Shown in pieces: positions 42,287 to 50,809 of a stretch of 64,000 nt of DNA; the first letter of the stretch is position 1; each line of letters opens with the position of its first letter. Under the pieces are notes generated by a model. The model saw only the letters and a list, made by a program, of their open reading frames with translations, was not told the origin of the DNA and searched no databases. A program made the translations under genes and the position numbers. The stretch comes from a virus. Its lineage: Duplodnaviria > Caudoviricetes. The DNA lies in IMG/VR virus record IMGVR_UViG_3300031992_000018, positions 32,001-96,000 of that record; one strand, written 5' to 3'.

Positions 42287-42664
42287 ATGGATGTTATTTT
42301 ATTTATTTATTTTCTAATTTTAGGAATGTTTTGGTTAGCCACATTATCTTGGCTTTTAATTGATGAAGGTGATTGTTATTATGTTAATGCCATTGTAAAT
42401 GGTGATGATGAAATAAAAGCAGATATAACTGGTTGGATAAAAATGGTTTGGATTTCAATTTTCTGGCCTATTTATCTATTATATTTATATCTAAGATATG
42501 GATTTATTCCTACAGTTAAATTCTTATGGAAGGCAATCATATTTATATTTAAGTTTTTGTTATATCCATTTAAATTAGCTTTTGGCTGGATTAAATTCAA
42601 GAAACCTTCTGAACCATTACATGATAAGATAGCTAAATGGATAGTTAAAAAGTACCATTTATAA
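42287..42664 (+). CDS. Membrane protein
   Basis: Several hydrophobic helices, IFWPIYL motif. Confidence 0.7.
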   Translation: MDVILFIYFLILGMFWLATLSWLLIDEGDCYYVNAIVNGDDEIKADITGWIKMVWISIFWPIYLLYLYLRYGFIPTVKFLWKAIIFIFKFLLYPFKLAFGWIKFKKPSEPLHDKIAKWIVKKYHL

Positions 42665-42711
42665 TTGAAATTTTATAATTTAATTCTATATTAAATTGTA
42701 AAATAAATATT

Positions 42712-42918
42712 ATGAAGAAACGAATAGTAATTAAAGATTGGAAATATTCATTAGGAGTAGCTTGTAATAAAGTTACTTCTGAAATTATTTATGAAAAGAA
42801 AGTAGATGATCATTTTGAATATTTTACTTTTGATAATAAATATATAGGAAGATATAATTCTGATGTTTCTTTATTTAGAGATGATTTAAATTTAGTAGTA
42901 TTAGATTCTGAATATTAA
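42712..42918 (+). CDS. Hypothetical protein
   Basis: Class E promoter at 42665-42693. Confidence 0.6.
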   Translation: MKKRIVIKDWKYSLGVACNKVTSEIIYEKKVDDHFEYFTFDNKYIGRYNSDVSLFRDDLNLVVLDSEY

Positions 42919-42919
42919 T

Positions 42920-43255
42920 ATGGATAATATTGGAGAAGTAAAAGATGCACAAGTAAAAGATAAAATCAAAGAAGAAACTACTGATTTAGCAGAAATAGCT
43001 AAACTTCTTGATAAAGATATGTTTTTTACTGCAAATGTTGCAAATAAAAAAACTTGGGCTGTTCAAAAGAAACGTCTTGAAGTTTCTATGCTTGAAATAT
43101 ATAAAGAAATAAATGCTGCTATTAATGCTGGTGAATTTTCTGTAACACTTTGGCTTACTAATAATCAGAAAGAATTTCTTTATAATAAAAATTTTAGCCT
43201 TACTCCTATTGAAAAAGGTAATAGTAAAATAAAATGCCAAATTTATTGGAATTAA
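42920..43255 (+). CDS. Hypothetical protein
   Basis: Operon-packed ORF. Confidence 0.65.
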   Translation: MDNIGEVKDAQVKDKIKEETTDLAEIAKLLDKDMFFTANVANKKTWAVQKKRLEVSMLEIYKEINAAINAGEFSVTLWLTNNQKEFLYNKNFSLTPIEKGNSKIKCQIYWN

Positions 43256-43269
43256 AAAAATTATAATAT

Positions 43270-43974
43270 ATGATACATACTGTAGATAACTTTGAACTTT
43301 TTGCTAAGAAGCTTTTTGAGAAGCCTCTTAAAGAAGATGAATTTTACTTTCTTCAGATTCTAGTTCGTGGAAAGGATGGTCATCATGTAAGTGGTAATAA
43401 CAAGAATCGTCTTGTCAAATATTACACTATTACTTCTGGTGAACAGCTTCTTTCTCTTAAAGATGAGATTCTTGCTATCTGTCATGTAGATAATGCAAGA
43501 GCATATATTCATCCTACTAAGAGAAATGCTAAGGAAGTTGCAAATATTGCTGTTGAGCTTGCAGTTCATACTTTTGTATCTCAGAACTGGATTGGTTTTA
43601 AGAGTATGTATTCTACTGCTTGTGGTCAGAGTTTTGTAACTAATGATAAGAAGTTTATCGTTGATCTTGATGATATTCATGAAGGTGATGCAATCCTTGA
43701 TGAAATTAGGAATAAAATTTATACTTATCGTGGTCATGGTGGTGAAAATTCTGATAAGGTATTTATGACTGTTCCAACTAAGAGTGGTGTACATCTTATT
43801 ACCTGGCCATTTGATGTAGGTCAGTTTACAAAGGATTTTCCTGGAATTGATATTCATAAGAACAATCCTACTCTTCTTTATTTTAGATGGGAGACTGAAG
43901 ATGATAAAATTAAAAAGGATAACATAGATAAATATATGATATCTGCTGAATATGGTCGTGCATCAGAATATTAA
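43270..43974 (+). CDS. Putative archaeo-eukaryotic primase (AEP)-fold protein
   Basis: KFIVDLDD (motif I, DxD), PTKSGVHLI (motif II, SGxH), IDIHK (possible motif III). Confidence 0.55.
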   Translation: MIHTVDNFELFAKKLFEKPLKEDEFYFLQILVRGKDGHHVSGNNKNRLVKYYTITSGEQLLSLKDEILAICHVDNARAYIHPTKRNAKEVANIAVELAVHTFVSQNWIGFKSMYSTACGQSFVTNDKKFIVDLDDIHEGDAILDEIRNKIYTYRGHGGENSDKVFMTVPTKSGVHLITWPFDVGQFTKDFPGIDIHKNNPTLLYFRWETEDDKIKKDNIDKYMISAEYGRASEY

Positions 43975-43975
43975 T

Positions 43976-44068
43976 AAAAACAAGGCAACATGCGAACTGC
44001 AGTGGACTGTGTTGAATAATATTAAGTCGTCGATACGAGTTATCGAGTGTAAATAATTGCTTGTTTTT
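43976..44068 (+). ncRNA. Candidate structured RNA, unknown family
   Basis: GC-elevated non-coding island with end-to-end pairing and two internal hairpins, followed by a terminator. Confidence 0.55.
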
Positions 44069-44070
44069 TA

Positions 44071-44107
44071 TTCCAGGAATGAATTCCTGGAATTTTTTTC
44101 TATATTA
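44071..44107 (+). terminator. Terminator fused to class E promoter
   Basis: TTCCAGGAA-TGAA-TTCCTGGAA-T7, with ATGAAT(44079)-N16-TATATT(44101). Confidence 0.8.
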
Positions 44108-44129
44108 ATATTGTAATTTATTAAAATAT

Positions 44130-44256
44130 ATGATTGAAATAATTGCAGTAATATTTGGGTTATTACAAGGTATTACAATTGCTCTTAATAAAAGAAGTAA
44201 TTGGATATATTGAAGGTATTAATTGGATGAGTAATGAAATTTTAAAAAGAATCTAA
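44130..44256 (+). pseudogene. Possible pnuC (nicotinamide riboside-type transporter) remnant
   Basis: MIEIIAVIFGLLQGITIALNKRSNWIY* resembles the first PnuC helix and stops after 27 codons. Confidence 0.4.
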
Positions 44257-44291
44257 TACGGATTATAATTTATTATTCAAGAGATTTTTAT

Positions 44292-44624
44292 ATGAATACA
44301 AGAGCATTATATAAAACTTGGGAAGATTACATGCATGCTAAGTATGGTGATAAAATCAAAGAAGAATGTAAGAATTTTGTCTTCTTTGAAGATGGCTCTA
44401 TGAAGTATGATTTTGATAAATTTAATGATTATTGGGAAGCTATGATTGATGCTGTAAAGAATGGCGAAAATATTGATAAAGTAGTTAATCTTGTTTTTAG
44501 AGAGAAAGTTGATTGGCCTATTGTAAAAGAAAAACTTTTGAAAGAAATTAATATAAGAGAATCAGCTAAGAAAGGTTGGGAAACTAGAGCACTTAAGAAT
44601 TATTTAAATTCAAAGGAAATATGA
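44292..44624 (+). CDS. Hypothetical protein
   Basis: ORF with SAKKGWETR basic motif. Confidence 0.7.
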   Translation: MNTRALYKTWEDYMHAKYGDKIKEECKNFVFFEDGSMKYDFDKFNDYWEAMIDAVKNGENIDKVVNLVFREKVDWPIVKEKLLKEINIRESAKKGWETRALKNYLNSKEI

Positions 44625-44797
44625 AATACAAGATTAACATAAAATATTGTCTGCAAACTCTTTCTTATGAATATTATATAATTGATAAGAAGACAAAGAA
44701 AGTAGTTGCACATAACTATTATAAAGGTTATGGTCCTAATAAGAAAATTAGGGAAGGTATTATTAATATGTATAAAGGTATTTTAGATTTTGAATAA
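44621..44797 (+). CDS. Hypothetical protein (58 aa)
   Basis: ATGA overlap with the previous stop, fills the gap. Confidence 0.6.
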   Translation: MKYKINIKYCLQTLSYEYYIIDKKTKKVVAHNYYKGYGPNKKIREGIINMYKGILDFE

Positions 44798-44798
44798 T

Positions 44799-45005
44799 AT
44801 GAAATTACCAAACATTATTTATCCAATAGGAACAAAGGTTTATAAACCTTCTGGTAAGCCATTTAAATCTGGAAAGAAAATAAATACTATTTCTTGTATT
44901 ATTGAACATCCATTTAAAAAAGATGAAAATGGTAACGGAGTTCCAAGTTATAAATTTGTTGAAGATGATTCAATTGTTGAGGCAATAATGTGTAAAGCTA
45001 TTTAA
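44799..45005 (+). CDS. Hypothetical phage protein
   Basis: K.SGKPFKSG.K..T...I.HP motif. Confidence 0.7.
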   Translation: MKLPNIIYPIGTKVYKPSGKPFKSGKKINTISCIIEHPFKKDENGNGVPSYKFVEDDSIVEAIMCKAI

Positions 45006-45007
45006 TT

Positions 45008-45271
45008 ATGAGCAGAACTTATAGAAAAGAATATACAAGTAATCTTTTTCATAATGGTGAACATGGACATCATAATTCTTTAACTAGAGAATTTAAAGGT
45101 ATTGATGGTTGTTGGACAGTTAAGTCTGGAAGAGGATTGATTGATCGAAGAGATTATGAATCTGATAGATGTAAAGCTATTAGAAAGATTATGACTCAGA
45201 AACGAAGAACTGTTATGAAAAGAAATACTAATAAAATTATTGAAGAGGAACTATTATATGATGCTTATTAA
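45008..45271 (+). CDS. Small basic protein (MSRTYRK family)
   Basis: Basic protein similar to ORF 40643. Confidence 0.7.
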   Translation: MSRTYRKEYTSNLFHNGEHGHHNSLTREFKGIDGCWTVKSGRGLIDRRDYESDRCKAIRKIMTQKRRTVMKRNTNKIIEEELLYDAY

Positions 45272-45398
45272 TATTGGTGGTAATTTATTTCCAATTCCAC
45301 AAAATAATGACAATAATGATAATGATGATACTCCTAATGGCTGTGGATGTTTAATCATTATAATTATACTTTTATTGATATTTCTTTTTATAAAATAG
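45258..45398 (+). CDS. Small membrane protein (46 aa)
   Basis: GCGCL followed by a hydrophobic C-terminus, ends at a terminator. Confidence 0.5.
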   Translation: MMLINIGGNLFPIPQNNDNNDNDDTPNGCGCLIIIIILLLIFLFIK

Positions 45399-45437
45399 AG
45401 GAGATTCTTTGAATTTCCTCAATTTTTTTCTATATTA
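45398..45437 (+). terminator. Terminator fused to class E promoter
   Basis: GAGGAGATTC-TTT-GAATTTCCTC, with TTGAAT(45409)-N16-TATATT(45431). Confidence 0.75.
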
Positions 45438-45461
45438 TAATGTGATTAAAAAATAAACATT

Positions 45462-45629
45462 ATGAATAAAGAAGAATTATCAAAGAAAATCCATGATGCT
45501 TTGATGGAGTATTCATTTAAGATTGCAATGGAAAGTGAAGATGGTAAATTTAGCATGTCTGATATGTGTGAAGCATTCCATAAGGGTACTGAAGTAATTC
45601 TTGAATCATTAAACATTAATCTTGATTAA
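45462..45629 (+). CDS. Hypothetical protein (55 aa)
   Basis: First ORF after the promoter. Confidence 0.6.
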   Translation: MNKEELSKKIHDALMEYSFKIAMESEDGKFSMSDMCEAFHKGTEVILESLNINLD

Positions 45630-45630
45630 T

Positions 45631-47058
45631 ATGACTTTTAAGACTCTTCCATATGATAACTTACTTAAGGAAATTGGCTGTGTTGCTGATGATCTTAAGT
45701 ATGAATGCTATGTAGTTGGTGGTTTTGTTCGTGACCTACTTCTTAATAGAGACAATGATGACATTGATGTTGTTGTTGTTGGTAAGGGAGTAGAGATGGC
45801 TAAGACCTATGTAAAATATCTTCGGGGTTTAGGAAGAAATGTAAAGTATTCTTTTTTTGAAAACTTTGGTACCGCTCAGGTTAAGGTTGATGATCCTGAG
45901 TATGGTGATATTGAAGTTGAGTTTGTTGGCGCAAGAAAGGAATCTTATGAGCGTGGTTCTAGAAAGCCTATTGTTGAAGAAGGTACTCTTCGTGATGACC
46001 AGCTTCGTCGCGACTTTACTATCAATGCAATGGCAATTTGTTTGAATAAGAAGCATTTTGGAAAGCTTGTTGACCCTTTCAATGGAGTTGATGATCTTAA
46101 AAGAGGAATTATTCGTACTCCAGTAAATCCAGATATTACTTTTTCTGATGATCCTCTTCGTCAGCTTCGCGCTGTTCGTTTTGCAGCTAAGCTAAATTTT
46201 GATATTGATAGAAATACTTTTGAAGGAATTCAGAGAAATGCAGATAGGCTTTCTATCATCTCTGAGGAAAGAATCAATGTTGAACTTATGAAAATTCTTG
46301 CTTCTGACTCTCCTTCTAAGGGTATTCATCTTCTTCTTGATACTGGACTTCTTGAGAAGTTTCTTCCTGAAGTAAGTAAATTAAATACTGATGGAAGGAC
46401 TGAGAAGATTACTCATGGGCATAAGAATATCTTTGCTCATACTCTTGAAGTTCTTTCAAATGTAAGTGCAAAGACTTCTAATCCTTGGATTCGTCTTGCT
46501 GCACTTCTTCATGACATTGGTAAGATTCCTACCAGAAAATATATTCCTGGTACTGGTTATACTTTTATGGGACATGAGAATGTTGGAGCAAACATGGTTG
46601 ATGTAATTTTCCGCCGTCTTAAGCTTCCTCTTGATGAGCATCTTACTCTTGTACATAATTTGGTAAAGCTTCATATGCGTCCTCAGTCAATTGCTTCTGA
46701 AGGTGTTACTGATTCTGGCGTACGTCGTCTTGTCTTTGATGCTGATGGACATATTGATGACCTTCTTATTCTTGCTGAAAGTGATATTACTACTGGTAAA
46801 CTTGCAAAGAAAGAGAAGTTTATTGCTCAGTATGAGGAGTTGAAGAAAAGGATTGAAGAGCTTAAGCAAGCTGACTTTGTAAGAACTTTCCAGCCTTGTG
46901 TAAGTGGTAATGATATTATGGAAAGATATGGTCTTTCTCCTTGTAAGAAGGTTGGTGAACTGAAGCAGATTATCAAGGATGCTGTTCTTGATGGTACTGT
47001 AGAGAACACTCCTGAAAAGCTATATGAGATTCTTGATAAAGAAATGAATTATGAATAA
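45631..47058 (+). CDS. cca: CCA-adding tRNA nucleotidyltransferase with HD domain
   Basis: VGGFVRDLLL..D.DID, EFVGARKESY...SRKP, RRDFTINAMA, DDPLR.LRA.RF, LLHDIGK. Confidence 0.92.
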   Translation: MTFKTLPYDNLLKEIGCVADDLKYECYVVGGFVRDLLLNRDNDDIDVVVVGKGVEMAKTYVKYLRGLGRNVKYSFFENFGTAQVKVDDPEYGDIEVEFVGARKESYERGSRKPIVEEGTLRDDQLRRDFTINAMAICLNKKHFGKLVDPFNGVDDLKRGIIRTPVNPDITFSDDPLRQLRAVRFAAKLNFDIDRNTFEGIQRNADRLSIISEERINVELMKILASDSPSKGIHLLLDTGLLEKFLPEVSKLNTDGRTEKITHGHKNIFAHTLEVLSNVSAKTSNPWIRLAALLHDIGKIPTRKYIPGTGYTFMGHENVGANMVDVIFRRLKLPLDEHLTLVHNLVKLHMRPQSIASEGVTDSGVRRLVFDADGHIDDLLILAESDITTGKLAKKEKFIAQYEELKKRIEELKQADFVRTFQPCVSGNDIMERYGLSPCKKVGELKQIIKDAVLDGTVENTPEKLYEILDKEMNYE

Positions 47059-47305
47059 TAAAAAGGCAAAAGAAAGATGGATGAAAATCCAAGAGAATAA
47101 TAAAAAGTGTTGTGCTAATTGTTCTCAATTATGTAAATATTCAAGTGGTGATTATATTTGTTATTTTTTGACATCTAAAAAAGAAACAAAAACAAGTGGT
47201 GTAATTGTTCATGCAGATGAACTTTCTATGGTTCGTGGAAAGTGTTTTGACAAGTATAATGGATTAAATTTAATGTCGATGCAAATGGTAAAGAAACACC
47301 TTTAA
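47051..47305 (+). CDS. Cys-rich hypothetical protein
   Basis: CCANC..C motif. Confidence 0.6.
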   Translation: MNNKKAKERWMKIQENNKKCCANCSQLCKYSSGDYICYFLTSKKETKTSGVIVHADELSMVRGKCFDKYNGLNLMSMQMVKKHL

Positions 47306-47317
47306 ATAAATATACTT

Positions 47318-47596
47318 ATGAAAAGTAATTATGCAAAATTATTAAAATATAAAGATGAGATATATACATATTCTCATTCAAAGGGAAATATTTTAATATA
47401 TATTAGTCAACCTTATTATTATTATGAAGACTGGCTAGATGATGGTGGTATTCTTGTTGTAAAATATAAACCTAATACAAAAAATAATCAATACTATGTT
47501 CTTCATAAATTAAGAATTTGTGAAGGAAGCGGACATATTGAACATATAAATTTAACAAAACAAGATAGAATAGCTAAAGAATATGAACATGAATAA
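47318..47596 (+). CDS. Hypothetical protein
   Basis: ORF. Confidence 0.6.
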   Translation: MKSNYAKLLKYKDEIYTYSHSKGNILIYISQPYYYYEDWLDDGGILVVKYKPNTKNNQYYVLHKLRICEGSGHIEHINLTKQDRIAKEYEHE

Positions 47597-47816
47597 AGAA
47601 GCATATATTGAAAAGGTTTTGAATGGAGTATCTATCAAAATAGGAAATGCTATAGAATCTGATCATGATAATATGTGGGCTTTAATTGATGACTATATTA
47701 GAGCAGGTATTGAAGAAGCATATGATAAAGGCCATATAGATGGATATAGTGAAGGTTATAGTGATGCAATGAATACAGCTTCTTATGAATTTGATAGAGA
47801 AAGATGTTATCTTTAA
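47583..47816 (+). CDS. Hypothetical protein
   Basis: AY..G...GY.EGY..A glycine pattern. Confidence 0.65.
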   Translation: MNMNKEAYIEKVLNGVSIKIGNAIESDHDNMWALIDDYIRAGIEEAYDKGHIDGYSEGYSDAMNTASYEFDRERCYL

Positions 47817-47832
47817 AATATAATGATTAATT

Positions 47833-48264
47833 ATGGGTGAAAATATAAATAAACCAGTTCCTAAAGTAGGAAAAGAATATCATTTCTTTGATGATGGTAA
47901 AATAAGACGTTCAAGACATTATATTGCTACTATTAAAAGAATTATTACTAAAGAAGAAGCAAAATCAATTATATTTAAACTTACAGAATATTTTAATGAT
48001 GATGATTACTATGATTATAAATCATCATTATATGATATTTGGCAATCAGAAATAGAAAGATATGATTGGATTATCGCTAAAGATACTGATTATATAGTAG
48101 AAGCATCTATTCCTGAGTATGATGATAATTTAATTTATTTTGTAAGAACAAAGAATGGTGGATGGTTTAGTATGAATATACAAAGCGATTGGCAAGGAGG
48201 AAGACTTGATATTGATGGAAAATTATATGAATCACTTTTAGAATATGAAAACTTATACATGTAA
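47833..48264 (+). CDS. Hypothetical phage protein
   Basis: YHFFDDGKI..SRH and FVRTK.GGWFS. Confidence 0.75.
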   Translation: MGENINKPVPKVGKEYHFFDDGKIRRSRHYIATIKRIITKEEAKSIIFKLTEYFNDDDYYDYKSSLYDIWQSEIERYDWIIAKDTDYIVEASIPEYDDNLIYFVRTKNGGWFSMNIQSDWQGGRLDIDGKLYESLLEYENLYM

Positions 48265-48610
48265 TGGATTATATTATGAAGGAATAGTATATGTTCTTGA
48301 ATCATTAGAAGATTGGGATGAATATGAAAAGATTTGTAAAGAAAAAGATCCTAATTTTCCAAAATGGAATCCTAATTTTTATCATATAAAAGAAGAATTT
48401 AAAGAATATATTAATTGTATTTGGGAAGATAAAGAAAATCTACGATATACATATAATGGTAAGTCAGTTTATAAAGAATATATTGTAACAGGTATTGAAG
48501 ATAATGGACCAATGATGGATTGGTATTGGATTGTTGAAAATGAAGATGATCCAAAGGATATAAAGCATATTCTTGTTAATTCTCATGATTTGAAAAATGG
48601 TTTAAGATAA
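48245..48610 (+). CDS. Hypothetical protein
   Basis: ORF. Confidence 0.7.
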   Translation: MKTYTCNGLYYEGIVYVLESLEDWDEYEKICKEKDPNFPKWNPNFYHIKEEFKEYINCIWEDKENLRYTYNGKSVYKEYIVTGIEDNGPMMDWYWIVENEDDPKDIKHILVNSHDLKNGLR

Positions 48611-48710
48611 GATTATTAAATTTTTTATAATGCAGTTTCTATATTATATTATAGAAGCTGCATATTTCTTATGTAGTTAATAACAAAAATTCTAAAAAAA
48701 CAAATAACGT

Positions 48711-49205
48711 ATGAATATTTTAACAAAAGAAACTGTTAAGACCTATTCTTATACTACTGCCAATGGTAATAGAGAAGGTTCAATGCTTGTTAGAATTAAT
48801 GGCCGTGACTACGTCAAGTTTGGCACATTCCAAGCTGTCACGTTAGTTGGAAACTTGTGCGAAGTCTACGATGCTGATGTTAAACGTTCTAAAACTGTGC
48901 TCTTTGTTGGTGTATCAAGGCAGCACCCACGTGACATAAAGATTGATAAGGAACTCGCTTATGAGACTGCTCATCTTAATGCACTATTTAATCCTCAGAT
49001 GGTTATTGAAGTAGGAGAATGCTTCACTCAATATAACTTCAGAGAGTTTGCAAAAAATTATATTGATACTCTTAAACTTCAGTTTGTAAAGACAACTCAA
49101 GAAATTGATGAAGATGATTTTTTATCAAGTATTGAAGATATTGAGTTTGAAGAAATTGAAGATGATGAACCAGATATTGAGGAGACAAAAATATCTGAAA
49201 AGTAA
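48711..49205 (+). CDS. Hypothetical protein with acidic tail
   Basis: ORF after the class E promoter at 48639. Confidence 0.75.
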   Translation: MNILTKETVKTYSYTTANGNREGSMLVRINGRDYVKFGTFQAVTLVGNLCEVYDADVKRSKTVLFVGVSRQHPRDIKIDKELAYETAHLNALFNPQMVIEVGECFTQYNFREFAKNYIDTLKLQFVKTTQEIDEDDFLSSIEDIEFEEIEDDEPDIEETKISEK

Positions 49206-49207
49206 TA

Positions 49208-49807
49208 ATGGGTGATGATTTAATTCAAAAATTTGGATATTCTGAAATGTATGAGTGGAATGAACTTCCACCAAATGATTCTAAATTAGGTAGATTTGTT
49301 ACATTTTCATCAGATGATCCTTCTAAGATTGTAAAAATAAATAAATCTAATCAGCCTGTTCTTGGAGTCACTACTGTTAATTCAGTAGTAGATTCTGATA
49401 ATCCAGAAGAATGGAAATATAAAAATCTTTGTAATGAATATGGTGATTTATATCTTAGAAAAGAAAAGCTTGCTGTTGGTGAAAAGGTATATGATCAACT
49501 TAATGAAATAAACTATATTCGTACTCGTCCTTGGGAACATTTTATCACAATAGATAATAAATATTATGATAAGAATAAAAAGTATGTCAAGAGAACAAAT
49601 AGAGGAGAATGGATTAGAGTTACTTTGATGGGTAAGACAATAGTTTATGATAATGGTAAATGCACTCCAGGTGAATGGTGTACTCCATATACTGGTAAAT
49701 TCAAAGAGGATTTTGGTATAGCTGTTCCAGCAACTGAAAAATCAAAAAATAAATATTATGTCCTTGAACGACTTAGTGATAAGACAATATTAATTTTTTA
49801 TAAATAA
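49208..49807 (+). CDS. Stand-alone peptidase G2/intramolecular-chaperone-like domain
   Basis: YSEMYEW...GRFVT...VLGV...NEYGD...Y..R..R.EW..V.LMGK..V.DNG.C..G. Confidence 0.7.
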   Translation: MGDDLIQKFGYSEMYEWNELPPNDSKLGRFVTFSSDDPSKIVKINKSNQPVLGVTTVNSVVDSDNPEEWKYKNLCNEYGDLYLRKEKLAVGEKVYDQLNEINYIRTRPWEHFITIDNKYYDKNKKYVKRTNRGEWIRVTLMGKTIVYDNGKCTPGEWCTPYTGKFKEDFGIAVPATEKSKNKYYVLERLSDKTILIFYK

Positions 49808-49822
49808 ATTATAGTTTGAAGT

Positions 49823-50809
49823 ATGGCAAAGGTAGAAGAAAATAAAAAATTAGACGTTATCTCAGTCATTACAACATTCTATAATGCTGAGAAATTTATA
49901 TTCAATACTCTTAATTCTATTAATCAGCAAATTATTGACGGATTTGATTTTGAGTATGTAATTGTTGATGATAAATCACCAGATTCTTCAAGAAAAATAG
50001 TTGAATCATTTATTGAAAATAATGTTCCAGAAGACAAGAAAAGTAAATGGAAACTTTATACTCCAGAAGAAAATCTTGGTTGTGGTGGAGCAAGAAAATT
50101 TGGTATTGATCATGCAATTGGAGATTTCTTTATGTTCCTTGATGCTGATGATTATTATATGCATACAAACTTTATGTTGAATGCTTATAATACAATTATT
50201 TCAGAAAATGCAGATATTGTTGAATATGGTGTAATATTTAATCAACCAAATGGACAACAAATAAATAATACTGCTCCACAAAAGTATATTATTGAAAATA
50301 ATCCAAGTGTTGCTGAAATTGCATTATTCAAAGATAATCTTATTAAATTCAATGTATGGAGTAAAATCTATAGAAGATGGGTTGTTGAAAGTTATCCTTA
50401 TTCAGAAGTACGTACATATGAAGATGTAAGAACTATTCCTGTATGGGTTTCAAATGCTCATAAAATAGTTATAATGCCTACTGCTGAGATTAATTATCGT
50501 GCTGCTAGTGGAAGTATTATTAGAAGTGATATGATTCAAACTCGTCTTGGAACTATTACTGCTATTACAGAATTATTCCCAAGATTCAAAGATGATTATA
50601 ATGTTCTTAAAGCTATGTATGGTAGAGCTATGGTTGATTTAGAGGCATTACTTCATAATCATTCTTCTAATGATCCAGGATTTAATGAAATGAGTAGATT
50701 AAATACAATAATGCTTTCTTATCTTTATCCAGATAATTATAAAGAAATTACTTATAATATTGATTTAGAAGAAAATAAAAATATTGAAGAAAATAATGAA
50801 TCTAAATAG
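49823..50809 (+). CDS. Family 2 glycosyltransferase
   Basis: ISVITTFYNAE, IVDDKSPD, N.G.GGAR..G, FLDADD. Confidence 0.9.
   Translation: MAKVEENKKLDVISVITTFYNAEKFIFNTLNSINQQIIDGFDFEYVIVDDKSPDSSRKIVESFIENNVPEDKKSKWKLYTPEENLGCGGARKFGIDHAIGDFFMFLDADDYYMHTNFMLNAYNTIISENADIVEYGVIFNQPNGQQINNTAPQKYIIENNPSVAEIALFKDNLIKFNVWSKIYRRWVVESYPYSEVRTYEDVRTIPVWVSNAHKIVIMPTAEINYRAASGSIIRSDMIQTRLGTITAITELFPRFKDDYNVLKAMYGRAMVDLEALLHNHSSNDPGFNEMSRLNTIMLSYLYPDNYKEITYNIDLEENKNIEENNESK

Noticed and set aside
43976-44068. Known ribozyme or riboswitch (hammerhead, twister, pistol, TPP, FMN) or tRNA
   Set aside because: Diagnostic cores (CUGAnGA/GAAA, CUGAGA, T-loop stem and others) not found by eye on either strand, so it was left as an unknown structured RNA.
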